Source of the DNA: an uncultured Flavobacteriaceae bacterium
Lineage (GTDB): Bacteria > Bacteroidota > Bacteroidia > Flavobacteriales > Weeksellaceae
Reading direction: 5' to 3'
Length of the DNA stretch: 64,000 nt
Assembly: GCA_963520725.1 (NCBI GenBank)
Contig: CAUQSG010000002.1
Span: 27,926-91,925 of the forward strand
Part shown: one piece after another, positions 28,584-36,950 of the stretch
Layout: every line of letters starts with the position of its first letter
Position numbering within the stretch: position 1 is the stretch's first letter
The notes under the pieces: generated by a model
Database searches by the model: none
What the model was told of the DNA's origin: nothing
The model's input: the letters and a program-made list of their open reading frames with translations, nothing else
Position numbers and translations under genes: made by a program

Positions 28584-29135
28584 CGCCCAGAACGGAAATG
28601 ACTATCTGATGCGGCTCACTGAAAGACGCGAAAATGGAGGTAAACGGAAGTGGAGGCAGATTGGACAGGAAAACTTCAAAAGAGAAATCCGTAAAAAAGG
28701 GAAAACGCCAAAAGGAAAAGGGACATAGCCGGAGGCGTGAAACCGGGCAAACCACCGGCAAGGAAGTATGATTTTATATGTCTGGCCGAGCGTGTACGGT
28801 CGGACGGATAAAATCATTCTTCCCGGTTTGCCTGCCGTGTGTGACGGCTTGTTCCATTTATGGATCGGGCGGTCAGACACGGCTTTCCGCTTACGGCTCA
28901 AAGGAACAGTGGAAAAAGAAAAATCGTCAGAAACCCGTAAAAGCACCTCTTTGGCATAAGCACAAAAGAAATGGGCCTTGCATCATTAGTCTAAACTGTT
29001 GTTTAGGCGTGAGGCAAAGCCCTTTTCTCCGCTTATGCGTAGTCGGCATACGTTCGACCAAAATCCTTTTGGGCGATGGTGTGCCGACGGACAAAACCGC
29101 TTTTACGGAAAAACTTGTATGAGAAGAAAAAATTA

Positions 29136-29164
29136 GGGAGATTCATTTCAAAATCTCCCGTTTT
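29136..29164. terminator. Intrinsic terminator-like hairpin
   Basis: Stem GGGAGAT(29136-29142)/ATCTCCC(29153-29159) followed by GTTTT. There is also a T-run on the other strand. Confidence 0.5.
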
Positions 29165-29168
29165 ATTG

Positions 29169-29178
29169 TTACTTTTGC
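29169..29178 (+). promoter_or_regulatory. TTACTTTTGC: a 9/10 match to the CTnDOT-type core GTANNTTTGC, which also contains a TAnnTTTG -7 box (29170-29177) facing the host DNA
   Basis: Read directly from the sequence. It lies where the composition begins to change. Confidence 0.35.
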
Positions 29179-29493
29179 ATACGAAGAGTTCTTTGAAGGT
29201 TACGCAACGCGCAGAAGGATGATGCAGTAGATAACTAACTAAATCGTAACCTATTACTATCATGAGCAATTAACCTACGCTCAGTTCCAATAAATTACAC
29301 TCTTTTCGTAACTTCTTTCTACAAAGTTATGAAATAAAATTCTCCTAACCGATAGTTTTGGTTTAATTTATAAACAATCTAAATAGTTTTTCTCTATCAA
29401 TATTTTAATTTTTAAACTTAAAAAAATCAATAATTTTTTGAAAGAAAACATTAATTTCGGATTAAATTCTTTTGTACATCCGTGAGTTTATGC

Positions 29494-29501
29494 TAAATTT
29501 G
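29494..29501 (+). promoter_or_regulatory. -7 promoter box TAAATTTG
   Basis: Exact TAnnTTTG, 29 nt upstream of the ATG at 29530. Confidence 0.5.
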
Positions 29502-29529
29502 TGACTTTTACAAAAATCATAATATAAAT

Positions 29530-31188
29530 ATGACACAATCGCGAGCAAGACAAACCACGGAGGCGATAGAGAAAATATATGTTTCTATGCGCCATCTTTT
29601 TTATAGAGGTTCTTTCAAACCTGGTGGAAGGTCAGGTCAGAATATCAGAACGCTGCTTTCTACCATCAATCCTGAAATCTACGGAACGATGAACAATCCG
29701 AACAAGATAGAATTAGACGGATTGCTCTATGTTTTGGATAGGCTACCAGAGGGAATAGAGGAATGTGCATTTATTCATTTGACTTCAGATGAAGGCTTTC
29801 ACAAAGCGAGTTTCACGCCCATAGTCCCTAAAAAACGAAGAAGAAACTGCTACCGTATAGACCAGCACCAGATGAATATAGAGGTTCTGCTGGGTCGTTC
29901 GGAGATTTATGATATCCTTACTCACCTTACTTTCCTTTATATAGAAGCAGACAAAATCAGAAATATCGGTTTTGATATGGAGGAAGGCAGACCGAGAAGA
30001 GTTTGGAAAATAATAGAAGAAGTAGCCAAAGGAGAGAAAAAATTTACACGAACAGAAAAAGAAACAGCGATTATCCATCTTTCGGCGCTGCTGGGAAGGT
30101 CTTTTGATGAGACTTTGGAGGCTTACAAAAAATTTGGAAGTGATGACAATCCAGACCGATTGTTCAAGATTGTCTATAACCTTGGACAAGTGAGTTTCCT
30201 AGACTGGGCAGAGGAAAGAGAACGCGAAATTTATTTTTCCGCGATATTGCAGGAGCGCGTAGGACACCACCTTTTCGGCGAAAAATGGGCAAATACGCTT
30301 AAAGAAATTTTGGTTAAAGAAAATCTTTACCAAAGACCGCTGAATATCATCAGTGCGAATATGCACTCGGTGAAAAATATGCTTTTTGCGAACGATGCCT
30401 TGAAAAAAACTTGCAAAACAGGAATAGACTACACGCTTTACGAGGAAATCAGCAATAAAAAAGACCTTCAGGACAAGATTTTGGACTACGCTCTTTCTCA
30501 AGGGATGATTTACATCAATGATGAAAGCGGAAGTAATATAGATGTGCAAATCATTGATTTAAAGAAAACTAACCTAAAAAATACGCCTTTCGCGGAGGCT
30601 AATTTCTCTGGCGAGGATGTTTTGATCGTTTTTGATTATGCCTTTGGAGAGCAGGCTTATGAGATTATGGATGAGCTTCTGCGCCCATTCGATGTGAAAG
30701 GAGAGGAGTGCAAACTTAATGTAAAATCCATTTCTATCATGGGTAAAGCGGGAATTCTTACAGGAGAAAAAGGCGATATCATGATTCCTACATCGCATAT
30801 TTTTGAGGGAACGGCGGACAATTATCCATTTGAAAACGCACTGAAATTGGAAGATTTCCAAGATACAGAACTGAAAGCCTTTGAGGGAAGTATGGTCACG
30901 GTTTTGGGAACTTCGCTTCAGAATAAGGATATTTTGTCTTATTTCATGAATACCTCGTGGAAGTCTATCGGACTAGAGATGGAAGGTGCTCATTATCAGA
31001 AAGCTATACAGGTGGCTTCTAAAATCCGCCACCATATCAATGAGAATTTATTCTTATGCTATGCTTACTATGCTTCTGATAATCCACTAGAAACAGGAAG
31101 CACGCTTTCTTCAGGAGGGCTGGGGCTTACAGGAGTGAAGCCTACTTATTTGATTACATTACGAATTTTAGAGAAAATTTTGAAATAA
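29530..31188 (+). CDS. Protein with an unknown ~370-aa N-terminal region fused to a nucleoside phosphorylase / AMP-nucleosidase-like (PNP_UDP_1 fold) C-terminal domain
   Basis: The C-terminal ISIMGKAGILTGEKGDIMIPTSHIF and IGLEMEGAHY parallel E. coli Amn MIGHCGGLRESQAIGDYVLAHAYL and AIDMESATIA. No signal peptide. Confidence 0.6.
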   Translation: MTQSRARQTTEAIEKIYVSMRHLFYRGSFKPGGRSGQNIRTLLSTINPEIYGTMNNPNKIELDGLLYVLDRLPEGIEECAFIHLTSDEGFHKASFTPIVPKKRRRNCYRIDQHQMNIEVLLGRSEIYDILTHLTFLYIEADKIRNIGFDMEEGRPRRVWKIIEEVAKGEKKFTRTEKETAIIHLSALLGRSFDETLEAYKKFGSDDNPDRLFKIVYNLGQVSFLDWAEEREREIYFSAILQERVGHHLFGEKWANTLKEILVKENLYQRPLNIISANMHSVKNMLFANDALKKTCKTGIDYTLYEEISNKKDLQDKILDYALSQGMIYINDESGSNIDVQIIDLKKTNLKNTPFAEANFSGEDVLIVFDYAFGEQAYEIMDELLRPFDVKGEECKLNVKSISIMGKAGILTGEKGDIMIPTSHIFEGTADNYPFENALKLEDFQDTELKAFEGSMVTVLGTSLQNKDILSYFMNTSWKSIGLEMEGAHYQKAIQVASKIRHHINENLFLCYAYYASDNPLETGSTLSSGGLGLTGVKPTYLITLRILEKILK

Positions 31189-31191
31189 AAA

Positions 31192-31983
31192 ATGAATACA
31201 AGGATTTTAAAAAAGATTTTCATCGCGGTATTCTTTATTCTTGGAATAGCGGAAGCATCGGCTTGGGGTGTTACAGGGCACCGTGTAGTAGCTGAAATAG
31301 CAGAAAATCACCTGACTAACAGAGCGAAAAGAAAACTGAAAAAACTTATCGGGAAACAGAAACTTGCCTACTGGGCAAACTGGCCAGATAATGTCAGAAA
31401 TTCTCCAGAGTGGAAAAATACCAGCACATGGCATTATGTAAATATCCCGCCACAGGAGACCAAAGAGCAGTTTATAGAACAATTAAAGAATAACAATAAA
31501 CCCAATATTTATACTGCAATACAAAATGTAAAGGGCATTATCGTAGATAAAAACACGCCTGATGCAGATAGGGAAATCTATTTGAGATTTTTAGTGCATT
31601 TTCTTGGGGATATGATGCAGCCTATGCACACAGGAAGAGAAGAAGATTTGGGAGGAAATCTCATCAAAATACAATTCTTCAAGAAAGATACTAATCTTCA
31701 TTCCCTTTGGGATAGCGGTCTGATAGACAATACCAAATACAGCTACACGGAGTTTGCAAGGGTTCTGGATGTAAAATCAAAAGAAGAAATCCAAAAAATC
31801 CAAAGCGGAAGTCTGGAAGACTGGCTTTATGAAAGCCACCAAGCGGCTAATCAGCTCTATGACAGCGTAAAACCTGGTGAAAACTACAGCTATGATTATC
31901 AAGAGCAGTATAAAGATTTGTTAGAAAGACAGCTTCTGCATGCAGGATTGAGATTGGCTAAAATTCTAAACGAAGTTTTATAA
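31192..31983 (+). CDS. S1/P1 nuclease family protein (secreted)
   Basis: Signal peptide followed by AWGVTGHRVVAEIA. Metal-binding motifs HFLGDMMQPMH and NLHSLWDSGL are present. Confidence 0.9.
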   Translation: MNTRILKKIFIAVFFILGIAEASAWGVTGHRVVAEIAENHLTNRAKRKLKKLIGKQKLAYWANWPDNVRNSPEWKNTSTWHYVNIPPQETKEQFIEQLKNNNKPNIYTAIQNVKGIIVDKNTPDADREIYLRFLVHFLGDMMQPMHTGREEDLGGNLIKIQFFKKDTNLHSLWDSGLIDNTKYSYTEFARVLDVKSKEEIQKIQSGSLEDWLYESHQAANQLYDSVKPGENYSYDYQEQYKDLLERQLLHAGLRLAKILNEVL

Positions 31984-31990
31984 ACTAAAA

Positions 31991-32013
31991 AGAGCATCTG
32001 TAAAAGATGCTCT
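31991..32013. terminator. Bidirectional terminator between convergent genes
   Basis: Stem AGAGCATCT/AGATGCTCT flanked by an A-run and a T-run. Confidence 0.7.
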
Positions 32014-32023
32014 TTTTTTGTGG

Positions 32024-34105
32024 TTATTTCACGACCCAAGTCATTCCCAGCATGAAATTTCGCCCTGCTTGTGGGAAATAATAGGCGGCTCCATCATAGA
32101 CATGCCCTTTGGTCATGTACATTCTATTGAGGAGGTTATTGAGATTGAAATAAAGATTCAGTTCGTGATGTTTTAAGCTTAATTTATAACCAGCCAAGAA
32201 ATCCAAAAGATTATAATCAGGAATTGCAAGTGTCTGCGTATTATCTAGATACTGCCCGCTGACATATTGGTTTTGAATACCGAAATTAAAGTTTTTCAGC
32301 TGATAAGACACGCCGATATTGCTGATGAATTTCGGAGAAAGAGCGATGTCCGTTGTTCCCAAGTTTTCAAGCAGTCCGCCATTTTTCACATGAAAATTAA
32401 GATTTTTGTTTTCGCTCCAAGTCGCATTAGCCAAAATTTGGATGTTTTTGATGGGTTTTAGATTAAAGCCAAATTCCACGCCTCTTCTGAAAGATTTCCC
32501 TGAATTTTCTCTGATGAAAGCGCCTGTATTATCTATTTTTCCGCTGAAAACCAATTGGTTATTATAGTGCATATAGTAGAGGTTCGCAAAAACAGAAAAG
32601 AATTTTCCGCTTTTTTCCAGTCCCAGTTCAAAGTCGTGGAGCGTTTCGTGCTGGATATCATTTTTAGAAATAATGTCCTTTCGGCTTGGCTCTCGGTGAG
32701 CCAGTGCGTAGGAGAAATAGATTTTTCCGTGATTAAAATTAAAGTTGATTCCCGTCTTTGGGTTTAGGAAATTAAACACTCGGCTGAAATCACCTCCTTC
32801 ACCTTTGAAATATTCTAAAACTCTGGCATTGTGATAGATATGTCTAAATTGTAAATCTCCAAAAAGCTCAAATTTGTTCAAAGAATAAATGAATTTTCCG
32901 AAGAAAGAAAGGTCGTTTTTCACCGAATGATTGCGGTAATATTCATGCTCGAAAGGAATCTGCGGTAGCCCAAACGCCGAACTCATATTCCCGAAATGTT
33001 TTCCTTGGTATTGGTTTCCTGCTCCGCCGATATTGATTTTCAGATGGTTATACTTTCCGTAAATATGCGCAACCATTCCATAGAAATCATTGTCCAGCCA
33101 TTTTTTTCTGATGAGGTCTGTTTTTATGATTCCAGAATTGAGAATATTGTATTTATCGGGTCTTTGGTCTTGTTTGTAGTTTTCGTAGAAACCTTTTCCT
33201 TTGGTGTAATGAAAGGTGGTTTCTAAATCCCAGTGGTTGCTAATGTTTTGATTTATAATGAGATGATAATGGTTTTGCTGGTAATTGTCCGTTTCGTTAT
33301 CGTAGAATTTTGCGATATTTCCACCTTGGTAGATTGCTCCAGAGGAATTGAATTTTCGGTTGATTTTATAAGTGTTTTCATCTATTCCGTTCCATGATTG
33401 GTAAGTTTTTTCCTTGCCGCCGAAAGCCAAAAATTTTAGTTTTGTTTTTTCAGTTTTAAATAAAGCGGTGATGTTGTAGGACTGCAGGTCAGAGGTTGCC
33501 CTGTCTATGTATCCATCTGATTTTATTATGGAATATCTCGCCATGATGGAGAATTTGTTGTGAAGAAAATTCCCTGTTCCAGCCTCGAAAGAGTGTTTTC
33601 TGGTATCAAAAGAACCATAGGATTGGTCGGTTCGTAAGTATGGCGTTTCCTCTGGGTTTTTGGTGATGATATTTACACTCGCCCCGAAAGCCGCCGCCCC
33701 GTTGGATGTGCTTCCCACTCCTCTTTGAATTAGGATTTGAGAGGCTGAACTTGCTAAATCGCTGACATTTACGAAGAAAGTTCCCTGCGATTCGCTGTCG
33801 TTGTACGGAACGCCGTTCATCATCACATTGATAGAAGTCCCTGCCACGCCCCGAATTCTAAAATCCGAGTAGCCCACTCCGTTCCCAGTGTCCGATGAGG
33901 AAAGGACAGAAGTCTGGTTTTTGAGAAGCATTGGAAGGTCTTGCCCGAGGTTTTTTTGGGCTAAATTTTCCACACGGATGATTTCTTTGGTGACGGGAAG
34001 CCGTTTGGTGAAATTAACCGCTTCGATTTCTTTGACTTTGGCAGAGTCTGCCTGTGCGTAGGACATAGAGCTAGCGTATAGCCCTAAATAAATAATTCCT
34101 TTCAT
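32024..34105 (-). CDS. TonB-dependent receptor (probable thiamine/thiamine-precursor uptake, given the upstream TPP riboswitch)
   Basis: Signal peptide, a plug domain (GVGYSDFRIRGVAGTSINVMMNGVPYND), and ~690 aa of beta-barrel-type alternating sequence. Confidence 0.9.
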   Translation of the reverse strand: MKGIIYLGLYASSMSYAQADSAKVKEIEAVNFTKRLPVTKEIIRVENLAQKNLGQDLPMLLKNQTSVLSSSDTGNGVGYSDFRIRGVAGTSINVMMNGVPYNDSESQGTFFVNVSDLASSASQILIQRGVGSTSNGAAAFGASVNIITKNPEETPYLRTDQSYGSFDTRKHSFEAGTGNFLHNKFSIMARYSIIKSDGYIDRATSDLQSYNITALFKTEKTKLKFLAFGGKEKTYQSWNGIDENTYKINRKFNSSGAIYQGGNIAKFYDNETDNYQQNHYHLIINQNISNHWDLETTFHYTKGKGFYENYKQDQRPDKYNILNSGIIKTDLIRKKWLDNDFYGMVAHIYGKYNHLKINIGGAGNQYQGKHFGNMSSAFGLPQIPFEHEYYRNHSVKNDLSFFGKFIYSLNKFELFGDLQFRHIYHNARVLEYFKGEGGDFSRVFNFLNPKTGINFNFNHGKIYFSYALAHREPSRKDIISKNDIQHETLHDFELGLEKSGKFFSVFANLYYMHYNNQLVFSGKIDNTGAFIRENSGKSFRRGVEFGFNLKPIKNIQILANATWSENKNLNFHVKNGGLLENLGTTDIALSPKFISNIGVSYQLKNFNFGIQNQYVSGQYLDNTQTLAIPDYNLLDFLAGYKLSLKHHELNLYFNLNNLLNRMYMTKGHVYDGAAYYFPQAGRNFMLGMTWVVK

Positions 34106-34169
34106 TCTTTCAATAATTTTTTAGTTAAACAATTTTGAGAATAAAAGGATGCGAAAAAATAAGAGAACA

Positions 34170-34256
34170 CAATCGTGCCTAAACACTTCCCTAAACAGCA
34201 TTACCTGTTCAGGTTCATTGGGTATGATCTCAGCCTTTTACAGCACCCCTTTTGCT
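34170..34256 (-). promoter_or_regulatory. TPP (THI-box) riboswitch
   Basis: The minus strand reads GGGGTGCTGTAAAAGGCTGAGATCATACCCAATGAACCTGAACAGGTAATGCTGTTTAGGGAAG. This carries the conserved CTGAGA, ACCC, GAACCTGA, GTAATGC and AGGGAA elements. Confidence 0.88.
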
Positions 34257-34260
34257 GGCG

Positions 34261-34268
34261 CAAAGATA
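34261..34268 (-). promoter_or_regulatory. -7 promoter box (minus-strand TATCTTTG) driving the riboswitch-TBDR transcript
   Basis: The plus strand reads CAAAGATA, immediately upstream of the aptamer. Confidence 0.5.
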
Positions 34269-34360
34269 TTAAATTTAGAATAAAATCTGAAAAATAGTGA
34301 CATTTAACATCCTAAAATCAAATTCCAAATCAGGGTGTCTACTAATTCAAAATAATATTA

Positions 34361-34368
34361 TACTTTTG
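34361..34368 (+). promoter_or_regulatory. -7 promoter box TACTTTTG for topA
   Basis: Exact TAnnTTTG, 14 nt before the ATG at 34383. Confidence 0.5.
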
Positions 34369-34382
34369 CAAAAATTTTTGGT

Positions 34383-36887
34383 ATGGCAAAAAATTTAGTA
34401 ATCGTAGAGTCTCCTGCGAAGGCAAAAACTATTCAAAAGTATTTGGGTAAGGATTTCGAGGTGAAATCCAGTTTTGGACACATCAGAGACCTTCCTAAAA
34501 AAGGCATGGGTATCAATTTGGAAGATTTTACGCCAGATTATGAAATCTCTGCTGATAAGAAAAAAGTAGTGGCAGATCTGAAAGCAGCATCTAAAAAAGC
34601 TGAAACAGTGTGGCTGGCTTCCGATGAAGACCGCGAAGGAGAGGCTATCGCTTGGCATCTTGCACAAGAGTTAAAACTAAAATCTGAAAATACCAAAAGA
34701 ATAGTTTTCCACGAAATTACTAAAAATGCAATACTAAAAGCGGTAGAAAACCCGAGAGAAATAGACCAAAACTTGGTCAATGCTCAGCAGGCAAGAAGAG
34801 TTCTTGACCGAATAGTGGGTTTTGAGATGTCGCCAGTCCTTTGGAAGAAAGTAAAACCAGGGCTTTCGGCTGGGCGTGTCCAGTCCGTAGCGGTGCGGCT
34901 CATCGTAGAAAGAGAAAAGGAAATAAGGGAGTTTAAGCCCGTTCCTTCGTATAAAGTGGAAGGCGTTTTTACCAACCTTGAAAAACAAGAAATTTCCGCA
35001 AAACTAAAGAAAGATTTTACCAAAGAACAAGATGCGGAGAACTTTCTAAATCAAGTTCAAAATATTGATTTTAAGGTTCTTAATGTAGATGTAAAACCTG
35101 CGCAGCGTTCGGCATCGGCTCCTTTTACCACTTCTACATTACAGCAGGAAGCGAGTAACAGGCTGGGATATGGCGTAACGACAACGATGCGTGTGGCGCA
35201 AAGGCTCTATGAAGAGGGATACATCACCTACATGAGAACGGACTCTGTGAACCTTTCTCAGGAGGCGATAAATGCAGCTAAAAGTCAGATTCTGAAAGAG
35301 TTTGGCGAAGAGTATTCTCAGCCAAGAAACTATGTGACCAAATCGGCATCTGCACAAGAAGCCCACGAGGCTATTCGTCCAACCGATTTTGGAGTGAAAT
35401 CCATCGGAGATGCTCAGTTGAACAAGCTTTATCAGCTTATATACAAACGAACATTAGCCAGCCAGATGGCCAACGCCAAGCTGGAAAAAACCATAATAGA
35501 AATAGGCAATCCAGAGTTACCGCAGCATTTCGAGGCGCAGGGAGAAGTTATTGTTTTTGATGGTTTCCTTCGTGCTTATAGTATTTATAAAAATGAAGAT
35601 GAAGAGCAGGAAGATGGCGACAAAATATTACCAAAAGTAAATGTAGGCGAAGCTTTGGCGTATAAAAAAATCACTGCGGTAGAAAAATTCAGCCGACCAG
35701 TGTCTCGTTTTACGGAAGCAGGTTTGGTGAAAAAACTGGAAGAATTAGGCATCGGAAGGCCGTCTACTTATGCGCCTACGATTCAGACGATTCAGAACCG
35801 TGAGTATGTAGACAAGCGCGAAATAGAATCAAAGGGACGCGAAATAGTAAAGCTTACTTTGACAAAAACAGGATTAAAAAAAGAAATCCTAACGGAGAAA
35901 TTCGGAGGAGATAAAAATAAATTTGTCCCAACAGATATAGGAATCGTTGTAAATGACTTTTTGACAACTAATTTCAATGAAATTCTGGACTATGGTTTCA
36001 CTGCAAAAGTGGAGGAAGATTTCGATGAGATAGCCAGAGGAGAAGAGAAATGGAAAGATGTTTTAAAAAACTTCTATAGTAGTTTTCACCCAAAAATAGA
36101 GGATGTAGGCGAGAATGCAGATAGGGCGACAGGAGAGAGACTGCTGGGACAAGACCCTAAAACAGGCAAAAATGTTTATGCTCGAATTGGGCGTTTTGGG
36201 CCGATGGTTCAGATAGGGGAAACGGACAGTGATGAAAAGCCTATTTTCGCATCACTGATGGCGACTCAAAACATCGTTACCATTACTTTGGAGGAGGCGT
36301 TGGAACTTTTTAAAGTGCCGTTTGATTTACAAGACTACGAAGGAAAAACCGTTACGGTAGGAGTAGGGCGTTTTGGGCCATATGTGAAATGGGGCGAGGC
36401 GTTCATCAGTCTTCCAAAGGGAGAAAATCCACTTTCGGTGGACTATGACAGGGCAGTAGCCATCATAGAAGAAAAGAAAAAGGCAGACGCGCCAGTGGCA
36501 TCTTATAAGGGAGAGCCTGTTACTAAGGGCGTGGGAAGATTTGGGCCGTATCTGAAATATCAGGATATTTACATCAATGTGCCTAAAAAATACGATTTTG
36601 AAAATCTATCTCAAAAAGATGTAGAAGAACTCATCAAAGCGAAGCTCGATAAGGAAGCCAACCGATATATCCGGCAGTGGGAAGAAGAAAAAATATCAAT
36701 AGAAAATGGGCGATGGGGGCCTTTTATAAAATTTAAAAAAGCAAATTTCAAGATTCCTAAAAAACAGGATGACACTAAATATACGCCAGAGGAACTGAAA
36801 GATATTTCCCTAGACCAAGTGAAAAAGTGGATTTTGGAGCAGGATAAAACAGCTTTTGCAGAGAAAAAAACAGCAAAGAAAAAATAA
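34383..36887 (+). CDS. topA: DNA topoisomerase I
   Basis: Toprim N-terminus LVIVESPAKAKTIQKYLG and SDEDREGEAIAWH, active-site region YITYMRTDS, and repeated C-terminal GRFGPY motifs. Confidence 0.95.
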   Translation: MAKNLVIVESPAKAKTIQKYLGKDFEVKSSFGHIRDLPKKGMGINLEDFTPDYEISADKKKVVADLKAASKKAETVWLASDEDREGEAIAWHLAQELKLKSENTKRIVFHEITKNAILKAVENPREIDQNLVNAQQARRVLDRIVGFEMSPVLWKKVKPGLSAGRVQSVAVRLIVEREKEIREFKPVPSYKVEGVFTNLEKQEISAKLKKDFTKEQDAENFLNQVQNIDFKVLNVDVKPAQRSASAPFTTSTLQQEASNRLGYGVTTTMRVAQRLYEEGYITYMRTDSVNLSQEAINAAKSQILKEFGEEYSQPRNYVTKSASAQEAHEAIRPTDFGVKSIGDAQLNKLYQLIYKRTLASQMANAKLEKTIIEIGNPELPQHFEAQGEVIVFDGFLRAYSIYKNEDEEQEDGDKILPKVNVGEALAYKKITAVEKFSRPVSRFTEAGLVKKLEELGIGRPSTYAPTIQTIQNREYVDKREIESKGREIVKLTLTKTGLKKEILTEKFGGDKNKFVPTDIGIVVNDFLTTNFNEILDYGFTAKVEEDFDEIARGEEKWKDVLKNFYSSFHPKIEDVGENADRATGERLLGQDPKTGKNVYARIGRFGPMVQIGETDSDEKPIFASLMATQNIVTITLEEALELFKVPFDLQDYEGKTVTVGVGRFGPYVKWGEAFISLPKGENPLSVDYDRAVAIIEEKKKADAPVASYKGEPVTKGVGRFGPYLKYQDIYINVPKKYDFENLSQKDVEELIKAKLDKEANRYIRQWEEEKISIENGRWGPFIKFKKANFKIPKKQDDTKYTPEELKDISLDQVKKWILEQDKTAFAEKKTAKKK

Positions 36888-36950
36888 TGAAAATGAGAGG
36901 AAAAGGTAATGAAATATTTTGCCTTTTTTTCTTATATATTGAGTAAAGGA

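Larger units (their letters stand above)
1..29185. mobile_element. Right-hand ~29 kb of a CTnDOT-family conjugative transposon (ICE). The left part with integrase/excision genes lies outside the window. The right boundary is approximate.
   Basis: Gene order is rteA-rteB-(dfr-like)-rteC, cargo, mobC/B/A on the minus strand, traA-Q on the plus strand, lysozyme, PcfJ/PcfK. Composition shifts abruptly near 29.2 kb: hand counts give 53% GC for nt 14221-14280 and 30% for nt 40201-40260. Confidence 0.85.

Noticed and set aside
28474-29269. ORFs of 63-114 aa in the ICE terminal region (28474-28761, 28602-28946, 28768-28959, 28778-29122, 29033-29269)
   Set aside because: They overlap each other on both strands, are rich in Cys/Arg/Pro/Phe/Ser, and have no start context. 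The region is better explained as non-coding structured DNA/RNA.
29100-29320. A tRNA or tmRNA gene as the integration target at the ICE/host junction
   Set aside because: No cloverleaf-compatible arms, no GTTCGAATC-type T-loop and no CCA-proximal acceptor stem are visible. CTnDOT-type elements do not normally target tRNA genes.
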